Shown in pieces: positions 1 through 12,799 of a DNA stretch of 64,000 nt. A program made the translations under genes and the position numbers. This DNA is from Botryllus schlosseri (Eukaryota). Under the pieces are notes generated by a model. That model did not search any database. It saw only the letters and a program-made list of their open reading frames with translations, and was not told the DNA's origin. Every line of letters begins with the position of its first letter. Position 1 is the first letter of the stretch. The stretch lies in the NCBI GenBank assembly GCA_051294905.1, contig CM119386.1, forward strand, positions 7,564,001 to 7,628,000. Direction: 5' to 3'.

Positions 1-231
1 GCGCAATCGCGCATCCGCTAGCAGTAACCAACCGTCCGCGAGCGATTCAAGCAACGCCACGCTTTCTAGTCGCGCACGCGACCGGTGATGACGTAACAAT
101 AACTGGCTACAGCGAATCCGTGATTGTAAAGTTGGATTCGACAGCACGCGTTACTGGCGTGATTGATCGATGCGTTGCGGTAGCGCAGATAGGTGTTACA
201 TAACATAGAAGTTTGCGACGATCGACAAAAC

Positions 232-480
232 TTGAACTGTAGCTAGATAATTCCAGCTGTCAAATTAAACTAATTAGAGCGAAATGCCGGACATCGAATT
301 ATAATCCAATCAGAGAAATGCATCTATGCTTTAATTTTATTACCAATCCATCTACTTTCTCGTTTTCCTGAAAATGCTGCAAGAGAACTGTATAGTGCGA
401 AACGAGACAAGCGTGGTGTACAGTACTGACATTTGCCATTCTTATGTCTATGAGGAAGAACTCTAATTTGATTCAGGGGT
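232..480 (+). repeat. Dispersed repeat family A, copy 1 (ZMIZ intron)
   Basis: Shares agctagataatt..aattaaactaa..gaaatgccgg and gtatagtgcgaaacg with 2322-2585. Confidence 0.6.
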
Positions 481-512
481 AACCTATCTAAGGTTAGGCA
501 GGAAATACTTAC

Positions 513-723
513 CAGACTGTTGAATGATAGGACTCGGTGCGGTCGACACCATGCCTCCCATAGGCCCCATATTCGAAATTTTCGGTTTGACATCGATCGG
601 TAGTTGCGGTTTTACATCAGGTCCGGGAAAAGGAGGCATGTTATGCGCACTGCCAGGCGTGATCGGTGGCGTCGGATTGCCAGGTATCGGGTCTGGGGGC
701 TGATGAGGGTGCGGCCCGCGTGT
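513..723 (-). CDS. ZMIZ1: ZMIZ1-like coding exon 9 (TRGPHP...PIPGNPTPPITPGS...DVKP...DVKP...QQS); gene continues left of the window
   Basis: PGNPTPP.TPGS and the twin DVKP motifs are ZMIZ hallmarks just upstream of the PINIT-like/SP-RING region. Acceptor tttacag, donor G|gtaagt, 211 nt, phase 0/1. Confidence 0.92.
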
Positions 724-792
724 CTGTAAACACGGTATTAATATTTAGTCACCTATATCAATAAAGCGCTCTCTAAAATTCACCTTACTCAC

Positions 793-1086
793 CATTGGGC
801 TATAAAACCCCGGCCTGGGTGCGTTGAACCCCATGTGTGGCCCGTTTTGTGTGTGGGGAGGTCCGTTTGAAGCAGGCGTCGGTTGCGGATTATAATACTG
901 AGAGGCGTTGCCTGTCGAAGAGACGGACGGGTACATCTCGGGCCCGGGGGTGACTGTAAGAACTGGGCTGGGTGTGGGCACGCGCGGGCTGTACCCATTC
1001 GGGGGCGGAGGGTGACCTGACATCGGCGGGGGCTTGAATTGGTTCGGTGTCGGCGCGTCGTACGGTGACGTCGGACAGTAAGAATT
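793..1086 (-). CDS. ZMIZ1: ZMIZ1-like coding exon 8 (NSYCPTSPYDAP...SQYYNPQ...FYSPM)
   Basis: Acceptor atttacag, donor ATG|gtgagt, 294 nt, phase 0/0. Pro-rich, with QYY resembling ZMIZ1 GQYYK. Confidence 0.87.
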
Positions 1087-1621
1087 CTGTAAATCGAAAC
1101 GAGACTCAATTCAAACCGGAAATGCACCGCATGGTTGTAAATATGCCGCAACCCACAGCCGCAATATTCATCGAAGCACAAACTACGCGCGCGCTAAATC
1201 ACAGCAAGTAGAAAGAGAATGATAATTGTTTCCCCGAGTATTGACAATTCACGTGTGGCGGCCAATAACATCTAGAATGGAAAAGTACAGCACCTATTTA
1301 AAATACCGTAAGGATTGCGGCGTAATACACCCACTCTATCGTCCGCTATAGTCTTGGCACGATTGGAATTCATAAATATTTAAAGCCTATCTCTCCCGCT
1401 CGTTATAATTTCAGTCTCGCAGGTATTCGATTAAGTTCCTTCGCCAACTACATTTTCGTACAGGCGCCTGGCCACCAATGACAGATAATCGATTAGGAAT
1501 CGACCTAATACAATAGCGAATGGCGGTAAGGACGGTGTTTGATATGCGTTTTACACTCTTGTGACCAAACACCCGCACGATTCCAATATTTCAATACCCG
1601 GAGTTAAATTAACCTAATCGC

Positions 1622-1643
1622 TTTCACACCTAACAGGTGTTGG
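1622..1643. promoter_or_regulatory. Near-palindromic T-box binding site in a ZMIZ intron
   Basis: TTTCACACCT-aac-AGGTGTTGG versus the Brachyury consensus TTTCACACCTAGGTGTGAAA. Confidence 0.35.
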
Positions 1644-2321
1644 TAACATAGATAAACTGTATCAATTTAACAACGGAGTGTCTTAAAAATCTGCTTTTGG
1701 CGGGCCCGCGCGCGACACTGTTAAAATATATAGACATTATTTATTCAATAAGAGATGATAGCTTACACATAAAACGTAGGCTGGATCTCAAATGGTGCGT
1801 TGCACAGTGATATATTTCTCTCTAGTCACGGGCCCGTGATCAGTCGGTATTCTCTTCCAATAGCAAACCAATCGCACCATTCTTTTATTACATTTTCAAG
1901 AGATTTTGTTTGTCTGGAAGTATTCAACCAAAAGGCTTTCTTGTCATCGACTTACCACGTCGATAGATTTTGCTTTTGAGTAGCTTAAATATTCCTCGGA
2001 CGGAATAGTGGTGCCCCTTTTCTTTAAAAGCGTTTACAAAGCTTATACACACGATGTAGTACTAGCGTAGTTGGCGCGGACAAAGGAATCGACGCGTATA
2101 TTAAATATGGACCGTGTCACGCGTTACAATAGGTTAGCAATCGGTTAAAGCAAATTGACTTTTATAACTGAAAGCTTCTTGGACGATCTCGTGTCGAGCA
2201 GACGAAATGTAACGAGACAAACACAACAACCATCCGCGCGCAAAAGCGACTAAAAACCATACGCCGGCATTAACCGGTACCAGGGACATCACAGTCGAAT
2301 AAAACATAACACGACAAGCAG

Positions 2322-2585
2322 ACTTGGACAGCTAGATAATTCTAGTTGACCAATTAAACTAAACGAAATGCCGGTAATCAAATTCGAATCTAATTTATTA
2401 AATTATTATTTAAATTGTGATATAATATCTGGTTTTCCGGGCAATGTTACAGCACAGGTATATACTGCGAAACGATTTTTATTGTATTTATTTTATAACT
2501 CAGAATTTACTGAATTTCCAAGTTTTTGCGAATTTAGTAATTCTAATTCTAATTTAATTTGAAAAAGATGAACTCTGACTCAAGT
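2322..2585 (+). repeat. Dispersed repeat family A, copy 2
   Basis: Aligns by eye to copy 1 (direct) and to 9790-10085 (inverted), e.g. aatttccaagtttttgcgaatt versus the reverse complement aatttccaagtctttgcgaatt. Confidence 0.7.
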
Positions 2586-3287
2586 TATTAGCAACCGTCA
2601 TGGATAGAAACAATAGTTGCCGTCCTACTAGCGGGTTCTAAGACGCGAGCTGTACAGAGCGACAGATCTAATGTTTCAAGTAAGGACAGTTCGAGTTCGC
2701 AAGCGCTGCAACAATCGTCACTCGAGTCCTTTTAGAAAGTGCGGCATCAAAATATTAGAGTAACTGAAACCCTTTTAGACGCGAGGAATTCGCGATTAAC
2801 TGCGGACCGTTTGAAAACCGCACGCAAAGCGGCGAACGACACATTTCGCGGGTGACTGCGCGGTGAAGATGCCGACGCTATCCGATACTTGAAACCGATG
2901 CTTATAACAGCTTTACATTGCCTATAAGATAACATAAGCGGAAGCGTGCCGCGGACACGACAATGGCACTTTTAATATAGCCCGTATCGCCCCACCGGCA
3001 TCACTCAAGGGACATCCAATCTTCGAGATGTATAAAACTCGACACATGTTGCCATTATGTTAAGTCGCATTCTGTTTAATCACAGTGGTTTGTCGCCAAA
3101 GTAGTGAATGTATATCTTACCAAATTGAATTGTGCTAAGGTTTCTTATTAGGTATTGGGTTACCTATCCTTGTATCAGTTAGTGTTAATGCGAAGGTAGC
3201 ACTCGGCGTGTGTAACTTATTGTGTAACAGCGCCTGAGGGTTCGCAATTAGGTACAATCGTTTCAATGGTTGAAGCATTGTATTTAC

Positions 3288-3569
3288 CGAATTCGATCTG
3301 TGGGCCGGCCTGTACTGTGAATTCATGCTGTTGTAGCCACCCATCCCGTGATTAGGAGGCGGTGCGGTGGGCGAGTTGGCGTGGTGCGGCCCCATGTTCC
3401 TCCCGACTTGCCCGTACTGTCCGTATACGCTGTGTCGTATTGATGCTCTGCCTGTACCCGGGCCGATTCCGTCGATTGGCATCGTGGGGTCTCTGGCCAC
3501 CGGCCCCGGCGGGCCGTTATGACCTGACGGGGCCATAGGATGCATCATGCCAGGGTTGTGTTGTCCCAT
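3288..3569 (-). CDS. ZMIZ1: ZMIZ1-like coding exon 7 (MGQHNPGMMHPMAP...HRSNS), Pro/Gly/His/Asn-rich
   Basis: Low-complexity ORF segment with acceptor gttacag and donor TCG|gtaaat. 282 nt, phase 0/0, compatible with both neighbours. Confidence 0.85.
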
Positions 3570-6500
3570 CTGTAACATAAAACACAGGTTCCAATAAGTA
3601 AAGGCCCGTTTACAATTCCCACAGTATATATTAGGGTTCTGGGGTAGCGGCTCGCTATTCAACCACAAACTAAGTACCCGCAACGCCGAAAGTGCTGCAA
3701 AATTCAAGAAGAAAGACGGTGGTTAAAATGACAATGCCTCTGAGAACGTAACATTTGAGATTAACCAACGAGGATTACACAAATACATCGCGTAGAAGGC
3801 CGCGGAAAAGCAACGAAGCGATACGCAAAGATCCACAGAGAGATAACCGAGGTTTGATACGGCAAATTAGGACAGTGTCATCATTGAGCAGATTCCAAAT
3901 ATATAAGTCGCAGGCGCGCCATATGCTCATTTCATTAAAAATTCTAGCAGAGAAGACCGGGGTTGACATCGGCCGTTTGTGCCGAGCGGCAATGCATCGA
4001 GGAGCCTATCAGGCGTACGCGCAAATGTGAGGTTGGACTTCCGTGTTTAAATGAGGCGTGCGAACCCATCAATTTCCCGTGCCCGCAGCTATTTCCGGTC
4101 AGAATACAAGCGATGTGGGACGGAGTCACGAATCCACAGGTGGAAACACTTTAACTATCTCACACTTCCACAAATTCTTCACACCAAAGCCGTTATCGGC
4201 GATATTGAGAGATATATCGTTGCATCATTCGTGTCGTGTGGACGAAACTAATGCTCATTTAACGCGAAATACGTCTCGATCAGTTACACGCCAAAATACC
4301 ATAGCGTTACGCAGTTGGATTACAATTCGTCCATAATTATATTGTCAATATTTTGAACACTTCTAGGTATTTCTGTATGTCAGCTGTGTGCTAGCCTCCG
4401 AGAAAAAGGAGGACTGTGTGCTGGAAAAAAACAGTGGCGATACGTGCGAGTAGGTTTTCGCAGCAATGTCTACCGGCCCCATTACATAGTTTCACACCGC
4501 GATTTCTTGATAAGCTGGCAGCGCAAGCGACTTAACGCTCGGTGATTCGTACCAGTTTTGACATTCCCGACTTTAAATGTAACTCTCGAAAAGTATCAGA
4601 CCGTGCAAAAACCCCAATTGGTCGTAACAACAAATCCGTCAAGAACTTTTTCGGGTAGCCTACATTCAAACTGACGGCGTTGCGGTCGCGTTTTGATCAA
4701 CACCGACTGATAGGGGGATAGCGAGATGATGAAATCCTGCGCAAGGGTCAGGATCTACTTTTGTGTCGAAATAATCAAAACTTACACCGCGATTTTCTCT
4801 AATTCGTTATGCCACAGTGTGATTTTTGTCAACGAAACCCAGTGGATTGTCTTTATAAATATGCCATATGCAGTCATAAGCGGAATATTCATTCCTATAT
4901 GCAATCCTATGATCAGTCTATTGAACGCATCGCAAACCGCTGTCACACTACCAATGTAAAGTCGGTACAACAAGAAAACAATACAAGTCAAAGTTAACGT
5001 GGCGTTCCCAAATTCTAACAGCTGCGACTAGCGTTAATACGATCACAACTTCTCAACTTAGAAACCGAGCCGAGTAGCCGAGCCCCACTTATCACAATCC
5101 ATACATTTATGCATACCACGTCGTACACTCCCATTCGCCATTTGAAGCGAAACACTGAATACACAACGGCCGCTTTCCGCCGAGGACATAATGGCAATGC
5201 TCGAGAGGTTGTTATCGCAAGCCGAGTTCGATTATTGCGACGGTCGCGCGTCATCAACACTATCGTTACGTCATATCAAACGAATTTTGGCAACGGCGAT
5301 AATTCACATGATGCGGTGGCGTGAGCTATGTCGAACCTGAAATGACCGATCCGAAATATGGGTATTACGACACTATGAGTTTACGTTTAGGTATGAAGTA
5401 AAAGAACTCAGCAATGTGTTCATTCCAAGGATAGACGAAAGACGAAAAAAGGCGGGGTATTTGGAATTTTCGAATTGAGGAACTGTTATTCAAATTGGTT
5501 TCCTTTACGTTTTCTCGATGGAGTAGGATTTTAATCTTGTTGTTCAGATCGAACGGGGTAATTAGGTAACGTTCGGAAACAATAGACCCAGTCCTACATT
5601 TGATTTACATACATCCATAAGATGTTGTCATAACAGCTAGCGTAGCTGCTCAAGTAGATGTGAAAGTAACGCTGTAAATTACCACTCAGGTACAAGTAGA
5701 AAAGGCCGCTCGGCCTCGTTCGAATAATTCGAATCGCGCCGGTAGAAAATTCGAAATCGAATATATCTTCGAACAATTTTGACAAAAATATATCAGATGC
5801 CTCACACAAACCGGTTTGACCCGACAGTATAGTTCACGCACGCCGCTAACCGTATTTAACATCAGTTCTAGTTGAATTCCGAGCCGTACCAAATCACCTA
5901 TGCCGTTTTTAGTCAGTATCGTAGCAGTGGCGAATTTTACTTCTTACGGGGCGCGGAAAAACAGTTAATACAGCGATATTGAAACATTATTCCGATCCGC
6001 GAGCAAGGTGTTTTGAGGTTACAAACGGCAAGAGAATGAAACAAACTAAAAAAAGTGGTTGAACCCTCGAAATTTTACATTTCTGTTTTCGTTTCAGACG
6101 CCTTCTCGTGCGATAGCGCTCTGAGTCACGCACTGGATAATTTTCGGCGACCTAAAAACCAATACTGCACATTCGCGGGGGCGAAGATTATTCCATCAAA
6201 AGCGACCCCCGTTACTAATTCCCACGCGCGCATGCCCGGCCGCTGTCAATTGCACACGATTCCAATTGCCGTTTAATTGCATCATACCGAAAGGTACATC
6301 GCGCACAATATTCCCCACATCACACGCGATTGCATGTCGAAAAATCTCTTCCGTATCGAATAATGGCAATTCTCGGCGACGGAATGATCGATTATGATGT
6401 CGTACGGGAATTAAAAAACGCCGACCACGCAGAATGACTTCATTACCAGCTGACATTCTATTGGTCAATCTCGCGCACGCGAAAGCCAATACAACGATCG

Positions 6501-7470
6501 CCAGCGTTCAGTGAATTGTGCGCGTCATAATGAACATGTCGCTTATTCAACGGTGTCGTCCGACGGTTGCTGAAAAGAACCTAATCGCCGGTGGAATTCA
6601 GAGCGATCTGCTGCTGACTTCAAGAAATCCGCTCAAACCACACAACATATCCCAAACGCGTCTTACAATAGGCGTGTAAAGATACACGTCAAATTCGAAC
6701 CTACAGTTACCGTTAAGTTGTATGGTTGGTAATGAAATTCTTACAAAACACCATTGTTGCTTGGTCCGCGATTATTGGTCGCTTAAATGCCTGATTATCC
6801 GAATGCCGCGCGGGCCCAGCGTACGGCACACACTTGATCCAAGAACCCTCACCCTGCTTGTTGACTTAGCGAGCGGTGTGTTGATATTACCTTCGCTATA
6901 TGTTGTTTTAATATAGTAAGATCGTGTTCAGGTAGAAGTGCCATTTGTGCAAAAGAACCCGACAGTGTGTCAATACTGGATATGTATTGACTATTTAACC
7001 AATATACCGAACGTCGATAGCGTGCTGAGCGATGGCAAAACGCACAAGATTCCAACGACACAACACTCTTGGGATAAGGTTGAATATTCGACATCGCTCA
7101 TAGAAGTCAGGAGAAATTAAATCGATACCGACGATTTTTCGCCAGTTCATTTAGGATAGCGCATGTATCACAATGTTACACAACAGCGAGACGCGGCGGG
7201 ATGCATAATACGATACTGCGATCACTATTACCTCTTATGTCACTAGCAAACATGGTTTAAACAATTGAATCCCTAGTCCGCCAGTTATCTTCATTATTGT
7301 CAAAGATAGGAATGACGTTTTCGCTGCCTTGATATAACCGGGAAATAAACAAGAGTCCGTAGCCGATTTGTAAATGTAATAATCGATTTGATAGATTGCG
7401 TCTCTCTCGCAAATATATATCAACGCCACCAGACAGATAATGCTTAAACTACCTCGAATCGGGCCGATAC

Positions 7471-7987
7471 TAGGGCTGGGCAAAATGATTCGAGTACTCG
7501 AATCTGAATCGAGTATTCATTTTAATGATTCGAGTCGAGTAGTAAAAGTCGATTTTTTTCGAGTACTGATATTATACGCTCCTCGCAACTAAAAGTTAAT
7601 TTACTCACAAGAATTATAGTTTTGATACTATTTTCCACCGAGGAAGCCTTGAAACCTTGATTGGCCGGGTCGCAGCGTACGAGACATAGTACAAAACTAC
7701 GAACGTTACTGGAAATAACGTATTCAAGAAGTCTTGATCATCCCGCAACATTGTCAAGAAGTGCAATGAAATCGGTATGGTCGAAAAAATACCAAAAATA
7801 TATTTACTGTGACGGACAACAGGCATTATGTTATTTGTGGTGGCTTAAAAGGAACATATTTGAACTTTGATATAGTATATTTTGTTGTGACGTCATAATG
7901 TGTGATACTCGAATACTCGACTCGACTCGAAGCGTAATGCGTGATTCACAATCGAATCACTCAGGTACTCGATTTTGCCCAGCCCTA
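7471..7987. mobile_element. hAT-type MITE (517 bp) in a ZMIZ intron
   Basis: TIR tagggctgggcaaaat / attttgcccagcccta, perfect 8-bp TSD gccgatac, subterminal actcga/tcgagt repeats. Confidence 0.93.
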
Positions 7988-8940
7988 GCCGATACCATCA
8001 CGGCCGACCGAATCGAATCCAATTTACTTGCCACAGACAAACGAGAAGGAATACGCAAATAGCAACGCGCATTCTGTCACCGCGCGTAACTAACTCTAAA
8101 ATCGTCACCGCGATCCGGACCCGTTCGGTACTTCGCACGGCCGAGCTCAAATTATCCTCCAGTTAAAATATGTCACGATTGAAAGGGAAGTTAATAGTTA
8201 TTTTCGTGCGCCTAAGGGCTCAATAATTTGTTAAATTACGGCAGACTTCTAAGTCCGCGCCGGAGCGATGCGGAATTCACCAAAACCCAAACCAACAAGG
8301 TGTGTTCGCCTTCACGGATCAGTCCAAGTTATTAAATTCCAGAACACTAATAAGGCACGACACCTTAACCGGTGTCGGATTAGCCTCGACCGAGCGTTAC
8401 ACTGAGGCTTCGCTGACTGCACCCGGGAAGGCGTGTACGAGGCGAGTAACCTCGACACGTTTCGAGGCGTAATACTTCGTAGGCGACAGTGTCGACATCA
8501 TTTCGTGAGTTTGCCACGAGTTTACGCAAGCTGTGCGGAAAATAGCATGCCTACCAGTACCCCACTACGAGTTCTAGCGAATACGGTCAAGTAAAACTGC
8601 AGTGTTACGGGTGCGATGCACCCACTCAGAGTCGGTGTTGGACACTCTCAAGAATCACACCAAGTTATAAGCTAGCAACCCGACTAATTTCATCAATAGA
8701 TCGCATATTATCAGCGATCAGGACATACATTCCCGTGTCATAGTTGAATCCGCCTCCAGGCTGTTGGAAACATCGGCGCGTCCATCAATTACAGTCTATT
8801 CGCGCCTGCAATTGATGGTAACATGTTTACGCCGTCTTTGATACAGTTCCGCATAAAACACGCCAGATCAGAGGAGCGAACACATACACCTGTTTACGAC
8901 ACACACAACGCCAGGCAAAGTTACGCCGCATATTTCTCAC

Positions 8941-9075
8941 CTGATTGTACATCTCGTTCTGTTGTTGTTGCTGTTGGTCGTTAACGACCATCGCGGTGGC
9001 TGTGGCCGTGGCGGTCGCGGCGGCAGCGGCCACGGCTGCGGCCGCTGCAGCAGCCGCGGGTGGCGGGTATTCGTT
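8941..9075 (-). CDS. ZMIZ1: ZMIZ1-like coding exon 6, alanine-rich motif (NEYPPPAAAAAAAAVAAAAATATATATAMVVNDQQQQQQNEMYNQ)
   Basis: A8-V-A5-(TA)n motif diagnostic of ZMIZ1/2. Acceptor ctttccag, donor CAG|gtgaga, 135 nt, phase 0/0. Confidence 0.95.
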
Positions 9076-9261
9076 CTGGAAAGAATAATCGGCGATTAAA
9101 TGCGACTCAAAAGGAAGGGGCTATAATCAGGATTGTAAAAACTATCGGATCTTCTACATTAGAAATTAGAACTAGAGCGACTCAAAACACGATAGTTACT
9201 TGACCGTCATCTAACTAGATCGGCAGTTCGTACAAGTCTGACTAAATCCTCTCATACTCAC

Positions 9262-9649
9262 AGCGTCTGATCGCATATTGTGTACCGGATGCGGTGTACC
9301 ATTCGGGCCGTATCCGGCGCCCGGGACACCCCGATGTCCGGCGTTCATGGGGCCGTATTCGTTTCGAGGGTAGGGTCCGTTGTTCGGGTACGGCCCCGGT
9401 TTTCGCCCGTAAATGTTCATATGATAACCGACCCCTTGCGGCCGCGGGTGCGTCGCGTTATTCGGACCCATCGGGTACTGGCTCATCGACGGGTGGCTCT
9501 GTCCTCTGATAGCGGGAGACTGCGTGGCGTCTGACACGCCCCACACTGTGGTGGTCACGGATAAGGCGGGTCTTGGATGCATCGGGCCTGGCATGTTCCT
9601 TCGGTTGGAATCGTGGACGTTCCAGGGCTGACCCTCGGGTGGATACCCG
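9262..9649 (-). CDS. ZMIZ1: ZMIZ1-like coding exon 5 (GYPPEGQPWN...LSVTTTVWGVSDATQS...RSDA)
   Basis: LSVTTTVWGV resembles ZMIZ LSVVTTVWGV. Acceptor ttttccag, donor GCT|gtgagt, 388 nt, phase 2/0. Confidence 0.92.
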
Positions 9650-9789
9650 CTGGAAAACACAGTAGGATTAGTTGCGGCTTTGAAAATGCATTTGGCTTAC
9701 GTCTGATACCGACAAAGTAAAACGTAGAAAAGGTCAACTAGACAATTTTCAGGTTTTCCGAATTAGATGAGGATTAGAATTATGGCTAC

Positions 9790-10085
9790 ACAGTTTTTAG
9801 AAAATTTGATTAGAATTACAATTAATGAATTCGCAAAGACTTGGAAATTGAATTAAATTCCGAATTTCAAAAAATACGACGAAAATCGACTTCGGTTCAC
9901 TTCAAAGCAGAGTCTTTTGCGATTGGTAAATGTCTGTACACCAAGCTTGGGACGTTTCGCACTATATACAGTTCACCTGTACCATTTTCACTAAATAGAA
10001 TAAAAATTAGAATACAAAAATATTTCACAAATTAGATCAGAATTAGATTACTGGCATGTCGCGCCAATTAGTCAAATTACACAAC
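9790..10085 (-). repeat. Dispersed repeat family A, copy 3 (inverted)
   Basis: The reverse complement matches copy 2 in several blocks across about 250 bp. Confidence 0.7.
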
Positions 10086-10236
10086 CAGAAGATTGGTAAC
10101 CACTACAACGTAACGTTTCCGGTTAGTGTTGGGGTTATAAAGTCGCATATTCAAGTGTCGCATGTTCTAGTGTCGTTATTTACTACATCGCATGTTCAAA
10201 TGTCAGCCACCCCTCAACATCGCATGTTTCACTCAC

Positions 10237-10408
10237 CCCATCCGCGGACCCATCGGTCCGGTGGGACAATACGGCATGTCCATCGAGTTGTGATTGTTCG
10301 GAGAAGGGCTGGGTAATCCCGGTTTTATTCCGTCGTTGGGCCGACTGCTGTTGTGGTGCTGCATCAGTAACAGCTTCCCCAGGTCGTCGCACCAAGTGTG
10401 CAGATAAC
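10237..10408 (-). CDS. ZMIZ1: ZMIZ1-like coding exon 4 (SYLHTWCDDLGKLLLMQHHNSSRP...GPRMG)
   Basis: WCDDLGKLLL resembles ZMIZ1 WCEELGRLLL. Acceptor tttcttcag, donor GG|gtgagt, 172 nt, phase 1/2. Confidence 0.92.
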
Positions 10409-10465
10409 CTGAAGAAAGGTAAAAGTTACACGTAACTTCAGCGCGAGCGGCCGCGGTATACTCAC

Positions 10466-10571
10466 TGGAGGACTTTTGCGAGAATTTGTCACGGTTCGCT
10501 GAGCACACGGCCAGCAATCGATAGCCCAAACTCAAATTGTATCCCGGCTTGGACGCGACTTCGCTAATTAC
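10466..10571 (-). CDS. ZMIZ1: ZMIZ1-like coding exon 3 (VISEVASKPGYNLSLGYRLLAVCSANRDKFSQKSS)
   Basis: LGYRLLAVC.ANRDKF is near-identical to ZMIZ1. Acceptor ttgcag, donor A|gtgagt, 106 nt, phase 0/1. It follows a 10.5-kb intron. Confidence 0.93.
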
Positions 10572-12799
10572 CTGCAATTAGAACGTGCCATTCCTTAATT
10601 CTCGGCATTTTCCAATAACATTACAAAGCGCGTACGGGCAAGGTAAGAGCTTGACGCGCCCGGCAAGCACTCAATTATCACTATTCTCAATAAGAAATAA
10701 TTACTGATCGCAAGAACTTGACCGTGGTTGCGACTCTCTCTTTTTCAATACCGATTCCGACGCATATAGAGTATACGCGCGCCCAGCACGCGATACATAT
10801 ACAATATAAATTTGAGGTATATTTCCAATCACAAAATAAAGTTTCCTACACCAATCAATTTTTTTTCTGAAAACGCTGCGAGGCGCCTTTATTTTTACCG
10901 CGAAAAACGCCACTTCACGAGACAGAAGACCTCCCGCTATATCGCTAATAGGAATTAGAACAGGGGTGGCTACTACGACGGGCGGTGTGACTCACATGAC
11001 TTATGATGCAAAGTTACTGGTATTTCTGGCGCGGTATGAATCACACACAACGAGTTACATACCAAAACTGTTTTCTTACTACGATACTATTTGTCGAATC
11101 GGTCGAAAACACGGAAGAAAGAAACAGGCTAAGTTCATTTTCGATTAAGGACATGTAAATATCCCGCAAATGGTGCGCGGTCACCGCGTAATAGACTGGC
11201 GCGTCCGCGATTGAATTACACACGCAGATGTACAAGCTATACAATATTGTGATCAAATATGTTGTTGCAGTCGTGTGCGCGCGCGCTCCTTGCGATACAT
11301 AAGATCCAATGTCACAACATCGGGAGTTCACAAGAAGGGCTATTTTCGGGAGCAGCGAAACTATGTGCGTAAACTCGTTTGGCCTCCAGCGATGGATAGT
11401 GTTTTGAACTCAACATTGAAAGGAACTCTGGTTAGTTTCCAGCATCGACAATATATCGAACACCCAAGAAAACAGTAGCATCGCGCGACCGTATCTTTGT
11501 TCTCTCTCTGCACCGATCCGTTGTGAATGCGAAACACGCTGAGTACACGGGGTTCAATATATTATTTAGGCCTACACTGTAGTCAAGTGGTGATGTTTCG
11601 TAACGAGATATTACGGACTATAACATCAAGTCTATCAATTTGGCGAGTGAAATGGTCTTCAAATCGACATTATCATACAAATGTACGATGGTATATTCAC
11701 GGTTGTCACTGTTATATGGTGAATTGCATGCGCCTGTATTGACTGAGGTATAGTACGTTCAGAACCTCAAATAGGACCGAAAACTGACTTAGAGGCGTTG
11801 CGTCCGCTCTGAACCGGTGTAACGATTATGTCTACTCATCCCGTAATGATAGCGATACGCGCGCACGTTTGCTACACTGATAGCACTGGCCGGTCTTAAT
11901 CTCCCTAATCTCCGGTATCGGCAGTCGTTTTATTGCACGAATTATTAATTAGGGTTTTTGAACGTTGCAAAATGAGCACTCTTATCTGCATTGTCGCGTC
12001 CTCGAGCAATGTTGATCACCGAAAACTGACGGCTTGCGCGAAATTACATTAGTCGTGAATGTACCATCATGCTTTTAGTCTTCGAACAGTATGTATACAA
12101 GACATTCGTCGTAGTGACTTGAGGATAATTGGAATTAGCGAATAATGGTGTGGATTACGCCGGTAATTAGCTAATCTGGGCACATATTATATCTAATGGA
12201 CTACCCTGCCATTTCGACAATACTTCGTACCGGTAGAGTATAATTGGAAACGGATAGATGCCAACTTCGTTTCCTCGCGATACGCAGATGACAACAGCAC
12301 GATAGATTTTCACCAACTGGGAAAATGCTACGACGTATCCCACCGTAATCGCCATCGACCAGATGTGGACACTGCTAATACGTGAAGAAATCCTGCCACC
12401 GAACAGATGTCAACGACGAATTCACTCCGCCAGAAGTTTCGACGGTGCAGTATCTGCTTTATTTGAATTATGCGTCACAAAGCCACTTTCGCCAGATACA
12501 CAACAACCAAATCAAGACCCGCGTTATCGCGATATCTACGACATACCGCGAATGCTACGCTGTTTCGCTCAACTCAACAAATACACTTGCACAAAACAAC
12601 TATCTATTGCAACGCGATACGGCAAGCAATACCAGTTCGCTGTCGGACTTATCACCAAAATAGGATACATTCTTCACCACTGCCCTGCGAGAATGCACGA
12701 TGCATGATCGCTGCGGGCTGAAGATCAATCGATGAGTTCGAAGTACCACGATACCATTTAGTATTTACACATCATGATTATAATGAATAGGCATGAAAC

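Noticed and set aside
344-376. Symmetric phase-1 micro-exon of ZMIZ (24 or 33 nt)
   Set aside because: It has plausible AG/GT borders but lies within repeat family A, and the peptide (GKRESRWI) does not resemble ZMIZ. It would need RNA evidence.
3755-4336. Cluster of overlapping 60-92-aa ORFs on both strands in a ZMIZ intron
   Set aside because: Expected by chance in GC-balanced sequence; no splice-consistent model or homology motifs.
12363-12721. Three stacked plus-strand ORFs (83-114 aa)
   Set aside because: Non-ATG or weak starts, no motif and no exon chain; likely a stop-poor compositional patch.
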